A stretch of 64,000 bases of DNA from Octopus sinensis (taxonomy: Eukaryota), in assembly GCF_006345805.1 (NCBI RefSeq), contig NC_043001.1, forward strand, positions 44,330,001-44,394,000, in the 5' to 3' direction. Shown one piece after another: positions 40,043 to 51,091 of the stretch. A model generated the notes under the pieces. That model was not told the DNA's origin, searched no databases, and saw only the letters and a list, made by a program, of their open reading frames with translations. The stretch's first letter is position 1. Every line of letters starts with the position of its first letter. A program made the translations under genes and the position numbers.

Positions 40043-40758
40043 TATACCTCAACTTTAGAATAAAAGAAATATTCACACACAATATTACATTCCAAAGAAT
40101 CCATTACTAATCACAGCTAAAATCACAGCTATAATCCATAATATGCCAACTTCAAGTCATACACCACCTCACTACTTTAACCCATTCATATTCTTCCTTC
40201 TCTGTTTTTTTCTTCTTCCTCTTCTTCTTCATCATCATCATTACATCATCAATCTCGTCATAATCATCACCACCATCACCATCATCGTCATCTTCTCCTT
40301 CTCCTTCTTCTTCTTCTTCATCATCACATCATCACATCGTCATCTTCTTCTTCTTCTTCGCTTCTTCTTCTTCTTCTTCTTCTTCTTCTTCTTTTCTTCT
40401 TCTTCTTCTACTTCTCCACCTTCTACCCCTTAACTTTGTCACTAATGTTTTTTAGTATAACACCTACGCAAATTCTATAAACACCTTTCAATAGAAATAT
40501 TCTCCTGAATTGAACTGCGACTGCCAGCCGCCACTGACCATTCAAATACGACCATCAGGCACTCCCAGATTCTCCCATCCCTTTCCTCATCAGCCTTCTT
40601 CCTCTACTACCTACCAAGAACTCACAACGACCTCCAACACACAAGTGCAAACAAGGGAGTCAGAGAAAGGCAGAATGCCACATAAATCTGAACACTACTA
40701 TAGAAATATTCCTTTAAAAAAACTTTCTTCTAATTTTTTCTAAATTTAATTATTTAAT

Positions 40759-40806
40759 CGTTACAGTTGAAAAGGTCTCAAAATGACCGAAACCGGTACT
40801 GAAATG
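40759..40806 (+). ncRNA. Type I hammerhead ribozyme (U3:A8 variant) in pLTR
   Basis: CGTTACAG TTGAAAA GGTC-tcaaaat-GACC GAAA CCGG TA CTGAAATG. Stem I pairs at 7/8 positions, stem III is palindromic (ACCGGT), and cleavage is predicted after 40798. Confidence 0.82.
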
Positions 40807-40888
40807 TTCACTATAAAATTATTTAGCAATTTTCTATTTTTGACTTGTTTTTTCATATATATCAACTCGTGTTTTTCTTTTCAGCCTT

Positions 40889-40924
<36 letters not shown>

Positions 40925-41216
40925 TTTATTTAAGCAGCGGAAAATTCAACAAAACTTGTTACTCTGAGTTTCACGTTCCCGTTCACACATATATATATGT
41001 GTGTGTGTATATATATATATATGTATATATATATATGCATATGTGGGCACAGGATGTCACGAAACGTGTTCAGCAAAAAGTACAAAGCACGAGTACATGG
41101 AACATGAACAATATTTGGACAACGAAAGACACAAATGGAAACACAACAAACAACATAAAGAACGACCTTCATCAGTTCGCCACGCATCGTCTTCCATATA
41201 TATATATAATATATAT

Positions 41217-41257
<41 letters not shown>

Positions 41258-41786
41258 GAGAAGTTGGTTTGTGAAAGCACGTGGTTGAATATATAGAAAA
41301 TAGTAAAAAGTGAAAAAACTACAGAAGGCTTGTTTTAAAAGGTTAAAAAATATATGTTTGAGTCAATATGTCTGAAGACGGCCCCACATTAAGTGGGTTA
41401 AACGCTAGGACAAAAAAAGAAAGCTGTTTATGCGGAGTGCAGATACCAAGGCTGACAGGCAGACCTTGAAGTAGGCTGCCAGTGAGATTGCAGAGTTCTG
41501 ACTGGGTTTGGGTAGTTATCGGCACAGGGAAGTGTTAGGGCTATGCGTTCTATCACTGGAGTGGCAGAGAAAGCTACAGGATGGCTTTGGATATAGAGGG
41601 CAGATCTGAGGCTCGTTGGTGCTTGAATGCAAACTAGGACTTCATAACGTCTGACTAGCTTAACTGAATGAAGAAGCTGATGCTAAAAGGCCTGAAACCC
41701 CTTTCGATTCAAGCAATATCACTGATGAATCCCAGGGAATTCGTAAGATATATTTTGGAACCAACACAGAATAAATCATTTGGTCT

Positions 41787-41830
41787 GTTACTGAAGAGGA
41801 GATAACCTCTCCGAAATGCACGCATCCAAC
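41787..41830 (+). ncRNA. Type I hammerhead ribozyme motif (canonical core)
   Basis: GTTA CTGAAGA GGAGA-taacc-TCTCC GAAA TGC-ac-GCA TC CAAC. The base of stem I has an A-C mismatch. AUC site at 41824-41826. Confidence 0.7.
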
Positions 41831-42002
41831 TGTCTGGTCAGGGATATGTTTATACCTAATTATCTACATCTATGACAAAATACAGCGAATGGCTTTCTTA
41901 TGGGTTCGTATGCGCCTCAAGCTTATTTGAACTGGTAATAAGCTTGTGTTTATATACATCAATGCTTAGCGCTGTCATCCCCGTATATATATATAATATA
42001 TA

Positions 42003-42048
<46 letters not shown>

Positions 42049-42481
42049 ACAATAATAGTTTATCGCCATACTAATATGGCATTCTTATAAAATAAGAAAA
42101 AGCTGTCCGCTTATTAGCTCCATGAGGCCATCGCCTTAAGTTAGCTATTTGATACACAAACTGTATCCATATAACCTTCGAACAAGGGAGGTCAGTCGCT
42201 CCACACTACTTTACCGGCATATGGTTATATGGATACAGTTTGTGTATCAAATAGCTAACTTAAGCGATGGCCTCATGGAGCTAATAAGCGGACAGCTTTT
42301 TTCTTATTTTTTATAGAATGCCATATTAGTATGGCGATAACTATTATTTTCCGGGAACGCTGCCGCTGTTCTCTTTTAGAGAGACTTAGTTATTTAATAT
42401 TTCTATTATTGAAACAAGTGGATGTATTCCACCGAAACTAGGTAAAAAACCATCGAACAGAGATTGTCGGAAGCGACACCT

Positions 42482-42542
42482 ACTGGCTGGCTACGCTGCA
42501 TTGAAAAGGGGCATACCCCGAAACGCGTCTGTAGCTGCCGGT
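42482..42542 (+). ncRNA. Type I hammerhead ribozyme, U3:A8 core, copy 1
   Basis: GGC-TAC-GCTGCA TTGAAAA GGGG-cata-CCCC GAAA CGCG TC TGTAGC-T-GCC. Cleavage is predicted after 42529. Confidence 0.88.
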
Positions 42543-42847
42543 CAAGTAGTGTGGAGCGACTGACTCCCTTGTTCGAAGGTTATATGGATACAGTTTGTGT
42601 ATCAAATAGCTAACTTAAGGCGATGGCCTCATGGAGCTAATAAGCGGACACAGCTTTTTTTTTTCCTTATTTTTATAAGAATGCCATATTAGTATGGCGA
42701 TAACTATTATTTTCCGGGAACCGCTGCCGCTGTTCTCTTTTAGAGAGACGTAGTTATTTTAAATTTCTATTATTGAAACAAGTGGATGTATTCCACCGAA
42801 ACTAGGTAAATAAAACCATCGAACAGAGATTGTCGAAGAGACAACCT

Positions 42848-42909
42848 ACTGGCTGGCTACGCTGCATTGAAAAGGGGCAAAACCCCGAAACGCGTCTGTA
42901 GCTGCCGGT
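42848..42909 (+). ncRNA. Type I hammerhead ribozyme, U3:A8 core, copy 2
   Basis: Identical to copy 1 except loop II (caaaa). Cleavage is predicted after 42896. Confidence 0.88.
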
Positions 42910-44073
42910 CATGTAGTGTGGAGCGACTGACCTCCCTTGTTCGAAGGTTATATGGATACAGTTTGTGTATCAAATAGCTAACTTAAGGCGATGGCCTCAT
43001 GGAGCTAATAAGCGGACAGTTTTTTTCTTATTTTTATAAGAATGCCATATTAGTATGGCGATAACTATTATTTTCCGGGAACGCTGCCGCTGTCTCTTTT
43101 AGAGAGACTTAGTTATTTTAATAATTTCTATTATATATTATATATTATATATATATATATATATAACAACTTAACATATTCTGATAAGTGATTTTCTGCG
43201 AGCAATATCTAGAGTACTCGCCTACTTTCCTTCTTCCGTCTCTCTCTCTCTTTACTTTCCCCTCCTCGTTCTCCTACTTCTTCCTTCTCCTCCTCTCCTG
43301 CTTCTTCTCTTCTTCTTTCTTCTTCTTCTTCTTCTTTCTTCTCTCCTTCTTTTTCTTCATTTCTTCTTTCCTCTCCTTTTTGCTTCTTTTCCTTCGTTCT
43401 CTTCCTTTTCCTAATCTTCAAATTCCTCCGCTTCCTTCTCCTTTATCTTCTTCGTCTCCCTCCTCCTCCCCCTCCTCCCCTCCTCCCCTCCTCCCCCCTC
43501 CTTCTCCTCCTCTTCTTTATCTCCTTTTCTTTCTCCTACTCCTCCTCGTGGAAAAGAAGAGAAAATAATAAACACGCTCAGATAAGCCAGAGATGGCGGG
43601 GTATATGACGGGTGAGGTGGGAGTGAAAAAGATCAGAAAAAAGAAAAAAAGTGGCGTAAAAAGGAGCAGATAAAAGACTAGGTAGGGGTACCCTTCTTTT
43701 CTGTAAATCCCTAAAATCACTTCACGCATGATGTATGCAGCATGTTTTTTTTGGGTTTTTTTTTTCATAAGGGGTGCAGAGAAAGGATCTTACGTTTATT
43801 CATTATTTTTTAATATATTTATTTATTTTCTGTTAAAAGGAGTATGGGTAAATGGAGGGGGGAGGGCTGTGTTTCCCCTTATTTGTATAGTTGGCGGTGG
43901 ATGGTAGTGGGGTCGGGTTGGGAGAGAAAGGACCGCGTTTTACTTTTTCGGGGGTTTTCGTTTGATCTTTTGAAAAATATTAAATATAATAAAATAAAAT
44001 AAAAGAACGTGATCTGTTTTTAAAAGGAATATAGAGTGGGTACATGCCTGTGGGTGTGGATAGAGTGGTGGTG

Positions 44074-44134
<61 letters not shown>

Positions 44135-44337
44135 CAGCAACAGCAGCAGCTGTGCTGGGACGGGTGGGAGGTAGTAGTAATGTTCGTAGAGGTGCAGATA
44201 GTAGTACTGGTAGTGGTGGTGATGGTGGTAGTGGTGGTGATAATGATGACGATGTTAATGATAGTAGTGGCGGCGGTGGTGGTTTTGGTGTGTGGTGAGG
44301 AAGTGATTGTGGTAGAGATGATGATCATTATCGTGTT

Positions 44338-44381
<44 letters not shown>

Positions 44382-44508
44382 TACAGTAGTAGAAACGGTG
44401 CTGGTAGTAGTTGTATTACTAGAGATGGTGGTGGTGGTAGTAGTAGTAGTAAGTAGTAGTAGTAGTAGTAGTAGTAGTAGCAGCAGCAGCAGCAGCAATA
44501 GTGGAGAC

Positions 44509-44560
<52 letters not shown>

Positions 44561-44986
44561 ATAGTAGTAGTAACAGCAGCAGTAATAGTAGGGACGGTGG
44601 TGGTAGTAGTATTAGGTCGTAAAGGATAAGTCAAAAGAAGTGTAGGGTGACAGAGTCGTATTTAGACGAGGGAAGGGAGGAAAAAAGAAAGCGGGATGCG
44701 AGGTGGGAGTCGGGGAGAGGCGCCGCCATGATGTAACTTTCGTTGATTCCCCTCCCCCCCCCCCACGCCTTTAAACTCCGACCCACGTCATTTCATTTCC
44801 TTTTTATGTAACGCAAGAAGAAAGAGGAGATCCCCAAAGAAACCAAGCAGACATCCATTTACCCTCACCCGACTCTACCCGGGTAAAACGTCTGGTACAA
44901 CAGAGGGTAGCAGGCTATGGTAGTGAGTAGGGTTGATAACCGAAAACAGAAGCATACATACACACATACATACATACATACATACA

Positions 44987-45018
<32 letters not shown>

Positions 45019-45296
45019 CGGATGTGCATAAATATACTTATGTAATGTGTATATGTATATATATATGTGTGTGTATGTGTTTGTGTGTGTAAGTGTACGC
45101 GCACGCTCACGCACAGACTTACACACGCGTACACACATGCGCACATACATGCGCACGTACATGTGTGTATGTGTGTACGTAAGCATTCAGGTGCGCATGA
45201 GTGTAAGCATAAAAGCATGTATATTTGATTGTACACAAACGCACACACGCACGTATGATGAACACATTCATATGCACATGAATATATGTATGTATG

Positions 45297-45327
<31 letters not shown>

Positions 45328-45382
45328 ATATATACATGTATATCTATATATATATATATGTATATATCTATATATATGTATT

Positions 45383-45418
<36 letters not shown>

Positions 45419-45795
45419 ATATATATATATATGCATATATATAATATATATATATATGCATGCGTATATATATATGCATGTATATATATGTATATATATA
45501 TATGCATGCATATATATATGCATATATATATATATATACATGTATATATATATATTATATATATGTATATATATATGTATATATATATATATGTATATAT
45601 ATATACATGTTTATATATATGTATATATATATTGTATATATATGTGTATATATATATACATGTATAAATATGTATATATATATATGTATATATATATGTA
45701 TATATATATATGTATATATATTACATGTATATATATATATACATGTTATATATATATATATGTATATATTATATGTATATATATATATATATATG

Positions 45796-45843
<48 letters not shown>

Positions 45844-47016
45844 CTATCTATCTATCTATCTATCTATCTGTCTGCCTGTCTGTCTATCTATCTATCTATA
45901 CACACGCATATGGATGTATAGATTATACATATAGGTGTGTGCGTGTATGTATGAACGCATGAATGCACACATGTATACGCACACATACACACACGCACTA
46001 AGAAGTCTAAAAGTCTGAGTCCTGAGACAAAGAGAGCGTGGGAGCGAGGGGTGTGGGTAGAAAGGCAAGAGGTGCAGAGCGAATGTATGATTATCTGGTG
46101 AATTACATAACCAGATCTTTGCAAAGCAGCAACAGCAGCAACAACAACAACACTAACAACAGTAACTGCGTGTGTGGTGTGTGTGTGTGTGTGTGTGTGT
46201 TTTAAAGATAAAATAGAATGATGGTGTCGTGAAATATAAAAAAAAAATGGATGACTTTTTGTTTCAAATGTTTTATAACTTTTAAAATATTTATGTTTTT
46301 TTCTTGGATATACAAGGAAGAGAGGAACGGGCTTAACTTTAGAATATTTTCGGGGAATCTTTTTTTCTTTCTTTAATTCTATTTGTTTGTTATTATCCCT
46401 GTTTTTTTTTTTATCGTCAGACTAAAATGCTTAGCAGCATTCCTCTCGGTTCTTTGCATCCTGAGTTCAAATTTCCCCGAAGTCGACTTTTTCAGGGTCG
46501 ATAAAAATAAGTACTAATCAAGTACTGCAGTCGATGTAATCAACAATTTGCTTTCCCTAAAATTGCTGGTCTTGTGCCAAAATTTGAAATCATTATTATT
46601 TTCGTTTTTTGTGTTCTGAGTTCAAATCTCGCCGCTGTCAACTTTGTCATTCATCATTCCGGGATCGATAAAATAAAGTAACACGGTCAAGTATTGTGAT
46701 CTGTATAACTAACTGTCTCCACTAAAATATCTAGCCTTGTGCCATAATAAGAAACCAAAAGAGCGTCGAACAAAATGCCTTCCAGTAGTCCTCCGTTTCT
46801 TTGCGTTCTTGAACTCAAATTCCACTGTTATCAATTTTGCCTTTCATCCATTTGGGGTTGGAATAATAAAGTACCAGCCAAGTACTGTGGTCAATATAAT
46901 CGACTTTCCTCTTCTCCATCGGGGTCGATGAAATAAGTACCATTGAAACACCGGGGTGGATGTAATTGACTAGTCCCCTCCCCCAAATTCCAGGCTTTGT
47001 GCCTTCAATAGAAAGG

Positions 47017-47070
<54 letters not shown>

Positions 47071-47243
47071 GAGTGAGAGAGCAGTGCATACCATAATTTC
47101 TACGCAATTATGTTCTTCCCTCACTGTTTTGAAAATCTCTTCCAGCTCCAACTGGGATAGCAATTGTCTTTTCGAGGTTTGATTTCTCTGATCTTGAAAC
47201 CTTTGTTTGGTGACGGAAAACATGTCTCTCTTTCTCTTCTTCT

Positions 47244-47283
<40 letters not shown>

Positions 47284-48222
47284 CTTCTTCTTCTTGGTAG
47301 AATCGTCAATGCGTCGGGCAAGATGCATAGCGGCATTTCTTACGTTCTGAGTTCAAATTCTGTCAAGATTGACTGTGCCTTTCATACTTTCGGGGTCGAT
47401 AAATTAAGTACTAGTAAAACACTGGAGTCGATGTAATCGACTAATCCCCTCCTCACAAATGCTAGGCCTTGGGCCTAGAGTAGAAAGGATTATTGGCAGA
47501 ATCGTTAACGCACTGGGTGAAATGCTTAGCAGTAATTCGCCCATCGCTGCGCTCTGAGATCAAATTCCGCCGAGGTCGACTTTGCCTTTCATCCTCTCAG
47601 GATCGATAAATTAAGTTCCAGTCAACCTCAGAACACTGGGTCGATTAAATACCATCCACCCCAGAACACTGGGCTCGATGTAATCGACTCATCCCCTCCC
47701 CAAAATTGCTGCCCTTGTGGGAAAATATCCTAGGAATTCTTACTAATAAGCAAAGTGGACGATTTTGTAGACCAACTTTTCTAGTTACTACCTCAACTGG
47801 GATGAGCAACGCCTTCACTAGATAGAACTGTTCCGTAGGGTAGCTTCTAATTCCTGCTCTCTTGCTGGCATATAGAGTTCCTGCTCTCTCGCTGGTATGT
47901 AGAATTCCTAGTAGAAGCTTCTAGCTCATTCAAACCTGCTCCTGTCACCAGATTTTCTATCGTTGCAGATTTCAGGAATCTAAAATCCAAGTTGAAAGTA
48001 GGGCCGTCTTAAGAATATTATAGGATCTTGTGCAAATAAATGCACTGGGACCTATAGTACTTATTTATTAACGGCAAAGCAAGGCATGCATAGATCAAAA
48101 TTGGGCCCCTAGACTCATGAGGCCTCGGGGCAACTATTTAGTGTGTTCATGCTTTAAGGCGGCACTGGTTGCAAGTGAAGATATCAGTGCAATGAAACGT
48201 TATAGTGAGGAGTGGTACATAC

Positions 48223-48412
48223 ATCCTTGCTTTAATAACTTCATTGTGAACGAGACAAATTAGTGACAAGATAAAGTCAACGCAACTGGTACATCTTCTC
48301 GAAGATGCCGGAATTTTAACGTCAGAAACCACATCGAAACTGGCAGCGTCAAATTTTATTTCACACAGATTGTATTTCCTAGACTTTGTCCTTCTGAACA
48401 CACGCATAAAAA
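48223..48412 (-). CDS. Candidate isolated internal exon (190 nt), unassigned
   Basis: Minus-strand TTTTTCTTTACAG acceptor and AT|GTATGT donor. One frame is open for 62 codons (FMRVFRRTKSRKYNLCEIKFDAASFDVVSDVKIPASSRRC...). Confidence 0.25.
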
Positions 48413-48744
48413 CTGTAAAGAAAAATTGATAAATACCAAATTATATCCATTTGGATAGACTTATAACTCTGGATCATACTGCTGATCCGAGAGACCTTTC
48501 CATGGTGGAGTGGAGCTGCAAAGCATCCATTTACCCTGTGCGACTACAGGGAGTCTTAGAGTTTTATTAAGGGAGCAGACGTGTACTGCATTCTACATAC
48601 ATTTAACCCCTTTTTTACAGAAAAATAATCCAATGGTCAGCTGTGTGTGTGTGTGTATACATACATACATCCATAAATACATACATACATACACACCTAC
48701 ACACAGACACACACATACATACATACAAATATACATACATATAT

Positions 48745-49240
48745 GTCCTGAAATAAACTTAGAAAATCCCTCTGTTATGGAATATATTTATAAGCACCAA
48801 CTCAAGGAATACTGCTGGAATATTCCCATCAAAACTTCTGTCAAATGTAAATATAACAAGCCCTGCAGATACAAATATCTTTTTGAAAAGCAAAGAAAAA
48901 GAGGATATCTATGGACAACTGTTTGGAAACCTCCAGATTCTATATCCAGACTATGAATTCATATTCATATCAATAATAATTGCAGCACTAGGTTTTGCTA
49001 GTAAATGCTTAAAAGAGAATCTGGATAAACTGGGTTTTTCAAAAAGAGAAATCGACCGGCTGATTCGTATATTACAAGTTGAATCTGTGAGTGAATCAGT
49101 AAAAATATGCAAGACTTTTCTCAAGTTCCAAATGTGAATTTATCAGTGTTAACTACATCCCAAAGATGGAGTTTTGTATCTTTGTTGGAAACCAAATCCC
49201 TCCTCAGTGGAAGATTTATGATAATTAAAAAATAGAAAAA
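48745..49240 (+). mobile_element. 3' fragment of an RLE-type non-LTR retrotransposon (R4/Dong/NeSL-like)
   Basis: YCWNIPIKTSVKCKYNKP, then in another frame PADTNIFLKSKEKEDIYGQL..NLQILYPDYEF.FISIIIAALG...ICKTFLKFQM* (stop 49135-49137). The fragment follows a (CATA)n tract. Confidence 0.8.
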
Positions 49241-51033
49241 CATATACATATATATTAGGTATTAGCGATGGAAGCGGTATTAGTAGTGAACAGCAAACTT
49301 TATACCCAACTTATCGTGGATATACTTTAAGCATTACCATCATCCCAATCTTCCTATTCCTCCTCTTCCACCCCCCCTCCTGTCATCGTCGTCGTCGTCG
49401 TCCTCCTCCTCCTCCTCCCCCTCCTCCTCCTCTTCATCATTATCATCGTTAACATTATCATCTTTTCTTTCGCTTCTTTCATCTATCTTTCCTTAATCCT
49501 TATTTTTACCAGTACTCCCTACCCATCATCTCTTCATGCTACCTCTTTTTCTTTTTCTCTCAACATCTTTTTTATTAGTTTCGATTTTTGAAAACACCAA
49601 TGAAGAAGTGGATGTGTTTCTAGTGACTACAAAGTATATTTAGTGTATGGTAAACTCGATACTTAATGATAGTGGTGGTGGTGGTGGTGGCGATTTTTGT
49701 AGCGTTGATGGCAGTTGTGTCAATATATTGAAAAAAATATTCCTCATCGAAATCGGAATCTAAAGGAATTCTTTATTTCAATCACTTTTTCTATTTCGTC
49801 TTCTCCTCTTGCTTCTTTTCTTTTCTTTGTTTTTTTAAGCTCTTCGTCAGCCTTTTCATGGGATTTTCATAGATTTTATGAATGTTTCAAGCCGCCAAAA
49901 AAATCAATTGAGTTTGCTAAGTTTGTTGTCACTTCTATTATTTCTTATTCATGTTCTTGGTCATTTTTGCGGTTAAATTACTTTGTAAAAGGGCATGAAT
50001 ATAACACAGTCTCATTTCCTTCGATATATTTCTGATTCTGTTCCTGTGTTTCTTAAGATGGTTATTGTTTTGTTAATGCTATTGAGACTTTAGACACCTT
50101 ACGCTTTTCTCCTTTGTAGAACATAGTCTAGTTTCGTTTCATATTCTCTATCTTCTAACGTTGCTAACACCATTGTAAAAGGTATAAGTTTTTGCTGATT
50201 GCTTTCTGTATATTCACAGTACTGTCCTACGTAAGCCATTCTCTGATGTTTTCTGATATTTAATGACGCTTTCTTTATTTCACCTTTCCATAAAATGGCT
50301 TCACGATCCGCCATATTGCTTATATACTCCAAACGTTAATACTCTTCTTAAAAGCGTGTATCTTACAATATCCCATTTTCTCTTAACTCTATAGACGGAG
50401 AATTCGGGTTTCTGTGTCTTCATATGAGGTTTTTGTTTTTATTTATTTATTCATTTATTTATATTTTATTTTTGAAAGTACATGATATTTGGTGTTCTTT
50501 TCCCTTTTAATTTCATAGCCGTTTTTTTATGGCGACGTTGGCCTGCTGTCGGTTGCCTTTTTGATATCTCTTATCCTGTAACATCGAGGGTACTTTAATG
50601 ACAGGCATGAATGAACATCACAACTTTCCATCGACATCCCCACTCCATGTAAATCTAAATTCATTTTTATTTTCAAAGGCTTTAGTACATCACTCGCCAA
50701 GCCGTCTGTTGCCTTTCATATTGCTTACTCAGTTACATCGCTTGTGCTGATTCTGGGAAAGGCATAACACTAACTCCAACACTATTCGCAGCTCTCTGTT
50801 AAAATCTGTGGCCTTGTATATCCACGAAATCAACTTCATTCAATTGTTAAAGATCTTTATCGTCTTTTCGGAGTTTTTCAGATATTTTTATTGCGGTCAT
50901 ACAAACTGTCGGCCGCTTTTCATATTCTCTTTTACTGTTTAATCGGGTTGTTTGTTCTTGTCTCTGCTACTATCTTCCCTCACACATACATATATATGTA
51001 CACACACACACGCACACACACATACGCATACAC

Positions 51034-51091
<58 letters not shown>

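Larger units (their letters stand above)
38774..40858 (+). mobile_element. 5'-truncated Penelope-like element (Neptune-type) with inverted 5' pLTR copy
   Basis: 38774-39517 is the reverse complement of 40126-40858. A GIY-YIG-coding segment lies between the arms. TA runs flank both sides. Confidence 0.92.
42051..43133 (+). mobile_element. Non-coding tandem array of ~355-368-bp hammerhead-containing units preceded by an inverted partial unit (retrozyme/PLE-pLTR-like)
   Basis: GGTTATATGGATACAG occurs at 42223, 42578 and 42946. 42051-42219 is an inverted partial unit. TA microsatellite flanks both sides. Confidence 0.92.

Noticed and set aside
40945-40990. Minus-strand ACG-ggaa-CGT GAAA CTCAGAG TA, the 3' half of a hammerhead
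   Set aside because: The 5' core and stem I are lost into a microsatellite, so the motif is incomplete.
42223-43133. Array as CRISPR or ordinary satellite DNA
   Set aside because: There is no repeat-spacer organisation and the context is eukaryotic. The ribozyme content and 5' inversion fit a retroelement origin better.
49700-50900. Minus-strand K/E-rich ORF fragments as a LINE or gene remnant
   Set aside because: No motif could be identified by eye; a translated homology search is needed.
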